Source of the DNA: Eledone cirrhosa
Lineage: Eukaryota
DNA: 64,000 nt
Direction: 5' to 3'
NCBI GenBank assembly: GCA_964016885.1
Contig: OZ024740.1
Span: 339,760,001-339,824,000 of the forward strand
Shown here: in pieces, positions 1 to 13,400 of the stretch
How the letters are laid out: every line of letters starts with the position of its first letter
Numbering within the stretch: the first letter of the stretch is position 1
Translations under genes and position numbers: made by a program
The notes under the pieces: generated by a model
Seen by the model: only the letters and a program-made list of their open reading frames with translations
Database searches by the model: none
What the model was told of the DNA's origin: nothing

Positions 1-789
1 AGGCTCCTTTACTCCTGCTCCTTCCTGTCCTAGATTACAGTTTTATAAGCAAGATGTCGGAGATAAGAAAGACATCAGTAGTTGAGTGACAAAGCTAAAT
101 CAATAAATTCATTTGGTACAGTTGATTTCTTAAGAAATCACTATTTTACCATGTTGTCATTTCACTGAATAGGTTTTATACATACATATAGCTTATGTGC
201 ACATATTCTCTTTTATAACTATTACAACCAGTTAATGTTTCAACATTAGAATGCAACTATATTTTAACGGAATTTTTCTCACTTTATGACCAATAAAATT
301 CATTAGTTCCTCAGTGAGTTCTATATTTGCATCTATGATGGGTCATTATTTCCTCATTTTCTCCTTCTCCAAGCTAATTTAAGCAAGTCTATTGCTTTCA
401 GCTATTTTTGTTTATGGTATATAGTAAACTACACTCATAATTGTTTCATTTTTTTCTTTATGCCTATTATCATGACTTCAATTTTCTTTTTGATTTTTAG
501 ACTTTTTTGTTTCAACCTGTGAATTACATTAACATTAGCTGTTTCTATCAACTATGTTTTGTAATCTGGGATACTGTGTTGCTGTGTCATGTACTTTAGT
601 AACAGTGTATACTAGGGGATAAAGATAAAGTTTGTGAGATAATAAACTACTGAGATACTAAGCTACTAGTGTATTGAGGTAGTGAGACACTACAGGACTT
701 AGATCCAGAGCCACTGAGGCAAGATAATAAGTTAATGAGGTAATGTAACAAAAAGGTACTGAGGTACATACTCATATCTAAAATAATTT

Positions 790-1118
790 TTTACTACTGG
801 CACTCTGTCGGTTATGATGACAAGTGTTCCAGTTAGAATCAATGGAACAGCCTGCTTGTGAATTTAACGTGCAAGGGGCTGAGCATTTCACAGACATGCA
901 TACCCTTAACGTAGTTCTCAGGGAGATTCAGCATGACACAGAATATGACAAGGCTGGCCCTTCGAATTACAGGTACAACTCATTTTTGCCAGCTGAGTGG
1001 ACTGGAACAACATGAAATAAAGTGTCTTGCTCAAGGACACAATGCGTTGCCAGGAACCAAACTCATGACCTTACGATTGTGAGCTGAACACTCAAACCAC
1101 AAAGCCATGCACCTTCAC
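790..1118 (-). mobile_element. tRNA-derived SINE (CORE-like, GTGTCCTTGAGCAAGACACTT family with different 3' part)
   Basis: Minus-strand tRNA-like head. Related partial copies at ~7820-8055, ~11380-11495, ~25730-25860, ~40195-40270 and ~55835-56095. Confidence 0.8.
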
Positions 1119-2413
1119 ATCTAAAATGATACATTTGTAGTAAAACACTTATGATAAAGGAGAGAGCCAATAATATGAACTTCCACCAACAGATTTGATT
1201 TGCTGCACATTCAGAACCAATCAGTGACATGTATATTTGTAGGTGGCAGTAGCAGTAACACTGCATCAACCAGTTTGCAAGTTTGCAAACATTCCCCTAT
1301 TTTCTACACATTTATTTAAAATCCATATGCTCTCTTATTTTACTGAAATTATTAAAATGAATTACAGTAGAGTGGAATGAGAGAAAACATCTGTGTTGCT
1401 AATACAATTGTTGTATTGTCGTTCTGTGTTGATCTACCAAGTGTGTGTATTAGCATACAATTGTGTTGCTAATACAATTGTATTTCTATCATAGATGTAT
1501 TTCTAATGAGGCTATGATTCTAACACAGAGGTGATGATTTAATACAACAATATTGCTAACAGAGGTTTGATGTTAGTATAGCTATATCACTAATATAGTT
1601 GAGTTGCTAATATAGTTGTGTTATTTATTACAATTCAGTTGCAATCGTGTTGCTAATGCAGTTATGTTTGCTAATACAGTTGTGTTGTTAAAAGATTGAG
1701 AATAAGATGATTTAGATTGTTGGTCTGTTGAGAGAACAACTCATTAACTGTTTATCTAATTTTGTTGATGCTATGTGCCTTAAGAGTTAGTTTGGAAGTA
1801 GATCCTTTACATATAGGGCTGAAATAATCAATCAATTGCTTGTGGTTCTACTTGTTCCAGCTTAAACCATTATTTTCATTAGCAACTGAAAAGAAACTCT
1901 TTAACTTTTCAAACACAGGTATGGAACAAGAATCTTTTGATTTAGCAGTTGCCAGTTGTTGTTTTGTTGCACACTATGAGGATAGATCAATAGTTCAGTT
2001 TTAATCATACAGAAGATCCTCATTGTATCCCTAGGCAATATACTCTAACATTATCCTCTCGATTCTACTCCGATCTTCAACGTTAACATCATTTTATCTG
2101 ATAAAGGAATCAGTTTGACAATGTTTACTTTCTCTGGTTGCCTCATTTCATCATGTAACAGTAGAAGATCCTTTAGACTTGAGCTAACAAATATTCCTGT
2201 AACAGTAGAATGTTCCTTCAGACATGCATGAACAAATAAGTTACAGTTGACAAAACATTAAAAAAAACGCTGATATTGTTGTCATTGACAACAATGTATG
2301 TGTATGGTATAGTGTGAAATGGTGTGGGTTGGTAGGAAGTATATGTGTATGCTCATATCTAACAAGATGTATGTATGTATATATGTGTGTATGTCTATAT
2401 AGATGTATCTATT

Positions 2414-2460
<47 letters not shown>

Positions 2461-3548
2461 TTTGTAACATTTATTAATTGAACACGAAGATGTTTTGATG
2501 ACCTCAAAACATAAGTCAACACAAGCTTCAGATATCACCAACTTACCATAAACTCAGCTAAAATTAATGGGATTTCTTCTTTCTCACAGAGGAAGTCACC
2601 AGGAAAATAAAAAAGACACACAGTTACTTCTATAAATAGGGAATAGGGTTTGGTAGGATTCTATTTGTTTTTGTTTGCTTTTTTTTTTGTTTTTATTTTA
2701 ACTTTGAGTCTCTAACAAGTTTTTTTGTTTTCAACAAATTCAAATTTAGCACTATCATCATAGTTACTCTCACAGCTAATAATAATAATAATGGTTTCTG
2801 ATTTAGGCACAAGGCCAGCAATTTTGAAGGAAGGTTTGCATGGTTTTACCTCCTCTAATTCATAGACTTTGTTAAGCAGCCCAGTTTTGTTGGTTCTAAC
2901 ATTGTTTCCTCTATTTGTTTTTTACAAAGATTTCTAACAGCTGTTTCTATGTATCTATTTCTTCTCTTCCACTTTCACAATAGTCTGCTGGCCTTCTTCA
3001 ACCCCTAATTCATCTTATTCATCATTAATGGATGGGTGGTACTCTTAGAAGAGAGAACTTTGGCACCTTTCACCTCTGAGACTGAGGCTGCTGTAGTTTT
3101 CTCTATTATCAGAGGATTGGGAGAAGGTACCTAAACATCATGTTTTAGGAACCATGGAGGAGGCAGAATTTCTAATTATCCTCCAAAATGGAACCTGTAG
3201 TATGACTGACAGTGCTAATGGAACAAATTTCTGAAATGGCCTTGTAGTACTGAAAGATCATAATTACTTGCAAGTCTTTATTGTGACCACATATCATTTC
3301 TCATTATTTGGCACTTATTAAATCCCCATGTTGCTTAACAAAGGTGACTATCTCTCTGTGTACATGTGTGTGTGTGCATGTAGCTAGCTTTACCCTGAGT
3401 ATATCAGTGAATGGTGAAAATATCAGCATAAAAGCATTTTTGAAAGAAATCCATTATAATATTTCATTCTGCACTGAATTACAGACACTCCCTTATCACT
3501 CTTTCCATTATAACGGCAGTGAACCAGTGATTTGTCCATTGGAAGTGT

Positions 3549-3759
3549 TTAACCCTTTAGCATTTAAACCAACTATAAATAGCCAGAATTCTTTCATCGC
3601 TTTCTGTTCAAACTAGCCATAACTGGCTGCTCATACTTACGTATTGTTCTAAAAATAAATAATATCAAAATCTTACAGATTCAATATTATGTGGGATAAA
3701 GTGTTTCCTGTGAAAGTACAATGGCAAATATAGAATAAATGTAAATGCTAAAGAGTGAA
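3549..3759. mobile_element. piggyBac-type MITE
   Basis: TTAACCCTTTAGCATTT...AAATGCTAAAGAGTGAA termini. Confidence 0.7.
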
Positions 3760-4239
3760 CCAGCAATGTCATTGTTTAGTAATTGTTGTATGAAATAAAA
3801 GACGGTATGAATATGTGGTTAAGGAATTCAATTTGCAACCATCTGATCAGGGTTCAGCTTCACTCTATGGCACCTTAGGCAAGTTTCTCTACTATAGCTT
3901 TTGCTTGACCAATGTCCTGAGTGTGAAATTTCATAGATGAAAACTGTAAAAGAAACTTGTTGTTTATATATATATGTATATGTGTATGTATGAGTATCTG
4001 TGTTTACTGTTAGTGTATGTCCCATAGTGGTTGATAAAATATGCACTAGACTTGATAAAAATATCAGGACTGCAACTGATATGATCAACTAAAATCCCTT
4101 CAAAGTGGTGCCCCAGCATGGCTGCAGTCTAATAACTGAAACCAGTGAAAGAATAAAAGAAAAATTCTTATCAACATTCTTACAGTCTTTTACTGGTTTA
4201 TATAATTTGATTTAATTGTGGTTAGAATGTCTCAGGAAA

Positions 4240-4468
4240 AAATCACTGGACAGATCTTAAGGGCAAAACCAACCGACAGGAGACCCAGGGGTAGACCCCA
4301 AGTAAGATGGTTGGATGACATCCATGAGTATGGCTGATCTCATTTGGGGATCCAGCCAGATCAGTTGGAGACAGTTGCTTCTGACAGGATCCACTGGAAG
4401 GAGTGTTTGAGGACTATGCCCCCATGACCCTCTCAGGACTAAGTGGGTGAAGAAGGAGGAGGAGGAGA
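4240..4468 (+). mobile_element. Degenerate RTE LINE 3' end
   Basis: Translates to AKPTDRRPRGRPQVRWLDDI and, after a frameshift, ETVASDRIHWKE, followed by a short (GAG/GAA) tail. Confidence 0.6.
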
Positions 4469-4546
4469 TATTGACACCTGTACTTATTTTGTCAATCACT
4501 TTTTTGTAGAACCACTAAGTTATGTGGCATAATCACAGACACAGAT

Positions 4547-4647
4547 CGTACCGAGGGTAACTTTGCCTTTCATCCTTACGGGGTCAATAAAATAAAGTAC
4601 CAGTAATGTACTGGGTAATTGTTGGCCTTATGCCAAAAGTAGAAACA
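4547..4647 (+). mobile_element. 5'-truncated SINE (45318 family) with 18-bp TSD
   Basis: TSD ATAATCACAGACACAGAT at 4529-4546 and 4648-4665. Confidence 0.88.
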
Positions 4648-5262
4648 ATAATCACAGACACAGATACAAACATAAACATAAAAATGGACATGCATACATG
4701 TATACATAAATATATACAAATGTATATGATGGTCTTCTGCAGGTTCCATCTACCAAATTCCCCTCACAAGGCTATAATAGTAGACACTTGCCCAAGGTGT
4801 TGCACAGTAGAACTGAACTTAGAAACATGTGGGTGTGAAGCAAACTCAACCATACAGCCATGCCTACACTTCTATTTTCATTTTAATTCCTTTTATCTCC
4901 AATTAATAACATAGAATAGCAATATTTAATGATGATCATCAAGTTACAGTTGCTGGAAATATAACATATGTCAGATATGAGAACTCTATTGTTGATACAT
5001 GATGCAACTGGAGATAGAATCACAGGATTCTTCTTCAAGTGTTTTGTGTCACTACTTTACAGTTTCATTCTCTTGAGGATATAGTAGGGTAGTGTAATGT
5101 TTATGTCAGGCAATGAGTTGGTGTAATCATTAGAATTTTTGGAAAGAATACTTTGAGCTATTTGTTCTGGCTCTCTTCACTTAAGACTCATTGAGGTCAA
5201 CTTTGACTTTCACCCTTTTGAGGTCGATAAAAAAAGAAGTTTCAGTCCAGTACTGTAGTTGA

Positions 5263-5270
5263 CTCTCTCT

Positions 5271-5346
<76 letters not shown>
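5263..5346. repeat. (CT)n microsatellite with poly-C
   Basis: Read directly from the sequence. Confidence 0.95.
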
Positions 5347-5349
<3 letters not shown>

Positions 5350-8300
5350 ACTCACTTAGAAATTGGCTGTGTTGAGACCTGAAGAAGGGATGGACTCTGC
5401 TAAGTTCAAAGTACCCAAGATGTAGCATATGCCATGACACTGCCTTTATGATTCCAGCAGGAGCTACTGGTCCATACATACAATGTTTATGTCACTATCT
5501 AACAGCTTTATTCTCTGAAGAAGATATTAGAGTAGTGTAATGTTTATGTGGCCATGTTTCATGGTTTATATACAACAATATGTTATGAGGCCATTTTCCC
5601 TGCTAAATCAGCAGTTAGGCTCGATGGAGTGTAAGGTGACATGACAAGTCTCTCCACGTTGGTCAAACCAAAACTATAGAAGACATTTAGACGGAACCCT
5701 AAACTGTGTTTGCAAAGCAAACTCCTTAACCACATTGCCATAGCTATGTTTATAATAATTTTAGTAAATCCTTCTAAATTCTTCAATAATTAATTGAAAT
5801 ACACTGTATTTCATTAGATATATGGTACAAAGGGGTTTTAATAATTGTAGTTTTCAAAATATTGCATAATTATTCAACGACAAAAATGTTCAAATATATA
5901 TGCTAGATATTACCAAAAATAAAACAGTTTTCAGTGACTTCTATAGAAGCCAGATACATATATATTTTAACCTCTCGGTGTTAATATATGGATATATGAC
6001 ATTGCAAGACTAAAATAAATACATGTACATCATATACAAACAGATTGTAGAGTTCATTCAGTTGCTACATATCTGTTCAGTTAATTGAAGAGAGATGAAG
6101 TCTTTTGAATTTCTAAATCATAGTTGAAAATAAATATTGTCATAGAAAAATATTTACCTATTTTCCATCAATCACAATTATAAGTGATTACTCAAGTAAA
6201 GTTGATGGTGTTTACTCAGCAACAACAACAACAGTAACAATAGCAATAACAAGTATAATCTTGTTCTTTTAAGTTCAGTTAACTACACTTACATACTGAC
6301 AACAATATTTTGCTCTTTGTTACAAATTCTAGTTACAACGCTCAATTGATATTCCTGTTATTTAAGTATGATACTTTATATATAACTTTCTACTTCAGAA
6401 ACAATAAAAAAAAATGTATCTGTTTTATTCTAATCGTTTCATTTAATTCCATTAAAATTAAATATCGTTAGTTTATTTTATATTGGAAATTCTGTAGAAT
6501 ATTCCTGCATATTTGATGAAGTATTTTGTGGAGATTTCTAGTTCTTACCACTCCTTTATAGATTTTAATGTAACACCACACACACACTCACAGACATACA
6601 CACATGAACACACACACACACACAAGCTGCATTTCATCAAGGAAACATATCTTGTCTTTATTGATTTATGCCTAATCTCTGTTGTCTTCAATAGATTTAC
6701 AGCTTCGTTCAGCTGGCAAGTTGCACGATTGATATGACAAGTACTTATTCTTGTCACCATATCTTCGTTTGGGTACTACAAAGTGGAGTGTGTCTCTGCT
6801 ATTAACATAAGTAATGATAGTTTTGATGCTTAGTTGCACTCTTCTCCAACCATTGAAGAGAATTACCAAAGCATAACTTCTTTCTATTTAAAAAGAAATA
6901 ATAAAAGGAGATGTAGAAATAGATATCTATATGGTTGTTTGTGATAATGACCAGCTACTATAGAACTAACAGATAAAACAATTTTGGTAAGTGCTATCAC
7001 ATACATACTCACTTCAGAAAATATATTGAGCACATTAAGTGCACATATCAAGCATTTCTTATAGCGCTATGGATTTTTTTCTTTCAGTTAATCAGTTCAA
7101 ATCTGGAGATACAAAACTACAGCAGAAGCTTTTTTCTCTATTTACTATGAATCATCTATGAAGAGTAGAATTGCTCAGTAGATCTGGTGCACCAAGATTT
7201 AACAATGATAGTCTAATGTTTTATTAATTTTATATTTGATTTTATAGCATAATTCAGCTTTTAACTCCATAACCTATAAATATTATATTCAAAATGATCT
7301 AACTTGCTACAAAATGCAAGACATTTCTTAAATATTAATCTTGTGGAAATCTGATTTGTTTACCAATCTGGAAACTTGTTCAGGGTTTACTCATACAGAG
7401 TGACTTTATGATAACAATACTCTTAAATCTTAACCAATTCCCCTCAGAATATTTGCTAGAAACAAATTTGCAAAGGATGATGGAAATAAAGCTAGTAATG
7501 AATTTTGTTAAGAAAATGGAATGAGATATTTGGACCATGTGTTGCAGGAGGATAAAAGTAACTGAGCAAGAGGAATGATAGGAATAAATGTGGAAGGAAG
7601 TAGAGAAAGGGTAAGACCAAGAAAGACATGGTTAAAGCTGAGGGAGGATGAAATGGAAAAGCCAGAGTGCTGCTTAGTAAGGTTCAGATAATAAGTCAAA
7701 ATGAAGTTGTCATAGGAAAATGGCATTAAAATACTTCTAGCACAGAATACAAAGCTCAGGATAAACAAGTTGATTTTAATATAGTTCAACTATATTTTAA
7801 CTCAGGGTTAACATCTTTACTGACATCTTTATATGGTTGATGGGCGCCTTCGTCAAGAACAACATATGAGCATCCAATTGTTCAGTCAACCGAATGTCTC
7901 ATTCATTGAATTAAGGTGCAAAGTGACTGAGTATTCTACAGATGTGTGTAACCTTAACCCTTCAACTATATTTACTATTGTAAATATAGCTGAAGGGTTA
8001 AGTTTAAATACTAAAGGGTTAATGTAATTCTCAGGTGAAATTAGCATGACACAGAGTTATTATCTAAATCAGGTGTTCCCAAATTGGTTGGTATTGACCT
8101 CCCAGGCCTGATAACTTTTAGGCTAAAACATGACATTTGTATTAGAAATTAAAATACACAAAATAACACAATAAAATACTTATATAGGTTTCTTATACAA
8201 GTGTTTATTGTTTCTTTTATATTCTGTTTACTGATTTAGCCAACACTTCTCAATTTCCATTGCATAGTTCTTCACTACAAGCTTCTTCTTAATGGTCATA

Positions 8301-8729
8301 AGTCTGTAGCCATTATTCTTCAAAACTATTATTGAAATTCTAAATTCTGCTACAAATGTGACTAAATACTGATGAACTTGAACTCTTTACAATTGAAATA
8401 TATTTTGAAACTTTCATCCTTTCTTTAATATCTGTCATATTAACAAGACACAAGACAATATTTATTACTTTGAAAGTCTAATTATTAAATTCAGTGTTAT
8501 TTATAGAAATAAATTGATTAAAAGTACATTATTTTCCATTAAAATCAACTGTTTATCAATTCTTATTGAAAAAGTATTGTATATTATTAGATTGTGCCAT
8601 GAATCTCACTAAACACTTCAATAATATATGCAATACTTGAATGTATTGTACACAACATATTTCACAATACCATACTGTATTATAATGATATAATGGTATA
8701 GGAAATATATATATATATACATGCACATA

Positions 8730-8830
8730 CAGGGTGTCCCCAAAAAATGTACACATACTTTTATTACCTATACAGACAATATTTATTAGAATGCTGTTGA
8801 AGTGTGTATACATATTTTGGGGACACCCTG
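8730..8830. mobile_element. Tc1/mariner-type MITE (101 bp)
   Basis: ~31-bp TIRs CAGGGTGTCCCCAAAA.ATGTA.ACA.ACTT with TA TSDs. Confidence 0.85.
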
Positions 8831-8866
8831 TATATATATATTATCCAAGACACATGTCATTATATA

Positions 8867-8987
8867 GCTCCATTCTGAGTTCAAATCCCGCCGAGGTCAA
8901 CTTTGCCTTTCATCCTTACGGGGTCAATAAAATAAAGTACCAGTAATGTACTGGGTAATTGCTGGCCGTGTGCCAAAAGTAGAAACA
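8867..8987 (+). mobile_element. 5'-truncated SINE (45318 family)
   Basis: Same core. TSD ATTATATA at 8859-8866 and 8988-8995. Confidence 0.85.
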
Positions 8988-9068
8988 ATTATATAATGCC
9001 AGATATGCTATAACTGTGATATAACAATGCTTTCATGTTATCATGACACTGCTAAATTGTGAAAATTT

Positions 9069-9786
9069 TGAGTGACTCACTATATCTGTTACACTACAAC
9101 CTTCAGTGACTCATCACACTACAACCTAGAGTGACTCACCAGATCCTTTACTCTACAACCTAGAGTGACTCACCAGAGCTATTACTCTACAACCTAGAGT
9201 GACTCACTAGAGATATTACTCTACAATCTAGAGTGACTCACCAGAGTTATTACTCTACAACCTAGAGTGACTCACCAGACATATTACTCTACAATCTAGA
9301 GTGACTCACCTGAGCTATCACTCTACAACCTTCAGTGATTCACCAGACCTCTACAACCTAGAGTGACTCATTGGTGCTATTACTCTACAACCTAGAGTGA
9401 CTCACCTGAGCTATCACTCTACAACCTTCAGTGATTCACCAGACCTCTACAACCTAGAGTGACTCATTGGTGCTATTACTCTACAACCTAGAGTGACTCA
9501 CCTGAGCTATCACTCTACAACCTTCAGTGATTCACCAGACCTCTACAACCGAGAGTGACTCATTGGTGCTATTACTCTACAACCTAGAGTGACTCACCGG
9601 AGCTATTACTCTACAACCTTGAGTGACTCACCGGAGTTATTACTCTACAACCTGGAATGTCTCACCAGAGTTATTACTCTACAACCTAGAGTGACTCACC
9701 AGAGCTATACTCTACAACCTAGAGTGACTCACCAGACCTATTACTCAACAACCCAGAGTGACTCACCAGACCTATTACTCTACAAA
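9069..9786. repeat. 34-bp minisatellite (~22 units), consensus TTACTCTACAACCTAGAGTGACTCACCAGAGCTA
   Basis: TGACTCA recurs at a 34-bp period (9132, 9166, 9200, 9234, 9268, 9302). A 96-bp higher-order unit repeats from 9302 to 9590. Confidence 0.95.
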
Positions 9787-10247
9787 CGTTACTGATTCTA
9801 TTATGAACTATAACCTCATATAAGACTAGCTCTATATTTCTATGATTTATGACTCACCAACTTTATGCTCATTTTGTCCCACATGTTGAATCCTAGCAGC
9901 TACCCTGCTCCAGTACAATCCTACATTACTCTAGGGTAAATTTACCTCTTCTCATATTGTCCACATAAAATAATAAATCATAAACAACAGGAAATTAAAA
10001 AATGTCATTCCAAACATTATATAACTTTGAGCAAAATCTGTTGTGTTTGCAACTGTTGCTACTTGACAATTAATAGCTTTCAAATACGAATATACCTGCC
10101 ACTTTCTCTTTGCTTCCCCCTGTTCCTTTCCAATGAAAAACATTGTAAGGAAACCAGAATCTTTTTACTGGGAGCCGTAATTGGGAAGAAGGAAAGACAA
10201 ATAATCTGTATACATTTTCAGACATTTTTATAATTGTCTTATTCAAA

Positions 10248-10646
10248 CACACGCACACACACACACACACACACATATATGTATGCATGTGTATCTGTAT
10301 GTATGTGTATATGTATGCATGTGTATATGTATGCATGTATATATGTATGTATGTGTATATATATGTATGTATGTGCATATATATGTATGCATGTATGTGT
10401 ATATATATGTATGCATGTATGTGTATATATATATGTATGCATGTATGTGTATATATATGTATGTATGCATGTATGTGTATATGTATGTATGCATGTATGT
10501 GTATATGTATGTATGCATGTATGTGTATATATATATGCATGTATGTGTATATATATGTATGTATGCATGTATGCATATGTATGTATGTGTATATATATAT
10601 ATGTATGTATGTGTGTGTGTATGTATATATGTATATGTGTGTGTAT
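10248..10646. repeat. Compound (CA)n/(TATG)n microsatellite
   Basis: Read directly; explains the overlapping HIY/CMY-rich ORFs. Confidence 0.95.
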
Positions 10647-12187
10647 AGTTTTTCTTGCGGGAACAATATGGAGAAACCTCTTGATATTAAACTGAACATA
10701 TTTCAATGAATATCAATCTGTTGAATGGAAAATTTGGTGTGTGGAGGATCGGGATGTGGATTTGCTTCTTTTTTATATTTCATTTTGTTTTCATTTTGCT
10801 TGCCTTTTTCTTCATTTTCTTTTATTTTCTTCATCTTTTTATATTTCTTATAATTTGCTTTTTTATCACTTGTAATCAAAAATAAAGCAACATAGTCTGC
10901 CCCAAGCATTGTTGGAAGATGACACTACTTATCATGGCATTTGTTTTACCTAATGATTCCTGTTACTTTCCCTTTGTTATAAAATAAAATAAAATAATGT
11001 ACAAAACTAGAAGCATTTATTTATTAGAAAGTGAAGAGGGCAGGGGAAATCAGTGAGAGAGAGAGGGTAGAAGGAAGAAAGGAGGTATAAGATGACAATA
11101 AGACCAACATTAGTGAAGAGAGAGAGAAAAGAAGCTTTTACAAGGTTTGCAATATATTTTCTTCAATAATTACACCAGTTTCCCATTATTATTAGCTATA
11201 GAAAGCAAATTATCAATATCGCCTGCTGCAAGTTGGATTTTTACTTGATGTTAACTTTCTACATGGAAGAAGACATGAAAAATGTGCAATTTTTATTGTA
11301 GTGGGACATCTATAATGGATCCAATATTTAGTTTGATTGTGATGGATAGTGAAATGTTTTGGATTACTCAAGGATTTTCTATTGGTGATGAACATGTATG
11401 TGGTTGAGTATTCCACAGTGACACATGCCATTAATGTAATTCTCAGGCAGAATCAGCATAACACAAGATATGACACTGGACCTTTGGATGACATGTATAA
11501 CCCATATAATGGGCTCCTACATAGTTTCCATCTGCCCAATTTGAGTCACAAGGTTTGTGTCAACCCCTGACTGTGGTAAAAATATTTGCCCAGATATCAT
11601 GCAATAGGATCAACCAGGGAACTCAAGGTAGTAAAGCAAGCCCTTTAAACACTCAACCATGCCGGTATCTGCACTTCATTATTACATATGTGCTAACACA
11701 AATACACACATCAGTATTTCTTCCTCATTGCTTCATTGGCAGGAAAGTCCTTCCTAACATAAAGAAGCTCTCGTATATCTTCCTCATAGTTCCCATCAAC
11801 AACTACTACTAGAATGTAATAATTACAGGCCAGTGATGACAAAAGAGGGGGAAGTTGAATAGCCAACTACTGGTAGGAAACTTGTTTGGCGGGAAGTTTA
11901 AATAGTGAATTCATAGCCATAAACTCTCAACTAGCAGGAAAAAAAAAAGACTTGCAAAGAAATACAGAGAGAACTGAATTATAAAAAGAACGTTCTACTT
12001 ACAGTACATTGATGACCTGTTGACTGTAAATGCGGTTGGCATTAGGAAAGGCAGCCAGCCATAGAAACCAAGCCAAAATTAGTTGTGTGTGAGCGAAACA
12101 TGGTCCTTTGACCTGAATCTCTCACATCGGGACAGCTCATCTAACCCATGCTAGCATGGAAAATGCATGTTAAATGATGATGATGAT

Positions 12188-12233
<46 letters not shown>

Positions 12234-13014
12234 TATATATAGCCAAGTAAACAAACATTAGATGATTTTAACATACATACATAATGGGTTTCCACTCCTG
12301 CAAGATATAGGTCAACATGGAGCTATGCAAGAAGATGTTTGCCTAATGTGCCACACAGTGGGGTAGTAGGATCAAACCTGGAAGCACGTGAGAGCAATGC
12401 AAACTTCTTAACCACACAATGATACCTGAATGCTGCAAACATTTAGAACAATTAGTATACAACATAATGTTTCTTATATTTGCACAGTGGTCACATATAC
12501 ACAAGGAATGGTGTTTGTATTTGATCCAAGTCAAATAGAGTATCGTTTCTTTGTTCATGTTTGGAGCTTTAACGCCTGTTCATTGAACAAGTAGTCAACC
12601 AAGCATGTTAACCATTCAGTAATCTATCTCTGCCATACATATAATAGAAGAAAATGTCCAAACATTAGCTGTGTTATCATTGCTATTACAACTTCGCTTG
12701 CTGCATTGCCAACCTGCTTTAGCTGATAGAATGTTCAGCTTATCTGCAACTTATAATTAATACAGAAAATACAATTAAATCAGCAACTATTGTTGTTACA
12801 TCAAAAGAGTCAGCACTAAACATCTTTTTATCATTGGGAATTTACATTTACAATCTTTTATTGGTTGAAAAATACATTATGTTATAGAAACTGGAAACTG
12901 TATTTTTTTTATTCTTTATTTTTTTATATATCATTATTCATTGAACAGATACTACATACATCAAGCTAAGTCTATCTGGTTAGAAACCATAAATATCATG
13001 ATGGTGCCAATGTT

Positions 13015-13400
13015 GGCGGCTGTGGTTGTGTAAAAACAAATGTATGGTTGTAGTAGCAGTGGTGATGGTGGTTGTGGTAACACTGGTGGGGGAGGTAGTG
13101 GCAGCAACAGTGACAGTGTTTGTTTGGGTGACATTGATGGTGAAAGTGGAGACAGTGATGGTGTTGCTGGAAGTCTTGATGATGACAAGTCATTATAGTG
13201 GTAGTGGTGATAGTGGTGATGATGGTGGTGGTGAGGGTGACAGCAGTCATTATGGTGGTAGTGGCGGTGGTGGTGGTGGGGATGGTGGTTGTGATGGCAG
13301 AAGTTTGAGCAACATTGATAGTTTTTGTGATGGTAGCTGTTGAAGTAGTGGTGATGGTGATGGTGGTGGTGGTTGTGGTTGTGGAAGCAGTGGTTGTACT
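13015..13400. repeat. Degenerate (GGT/GAT)n trinucleotide tract
   Basis: Read directly. Complementary (CAC/CAT)n tracts occur at 19133-19448 and ~20985-21225. Confidence 0.85.

Noticed and set aside
9069-9786. CRISPR-like appearance (palindromic constant repeat plus variable segment)
   Set aside because: The variable parts are only ~9 nt, are related to one another and recur. There are no cas genes and the context is eukaryotic, so this is a minisatellite.
10070-10709. Overlapping His/Ile/Tyr and Cys/Met/Val ORFs (also 43250-44265, 46885-47216, 50060-50544, 57318-58336)
   Set aside because: These are translations of dinucleotide and tetranucleotide microsatellites.
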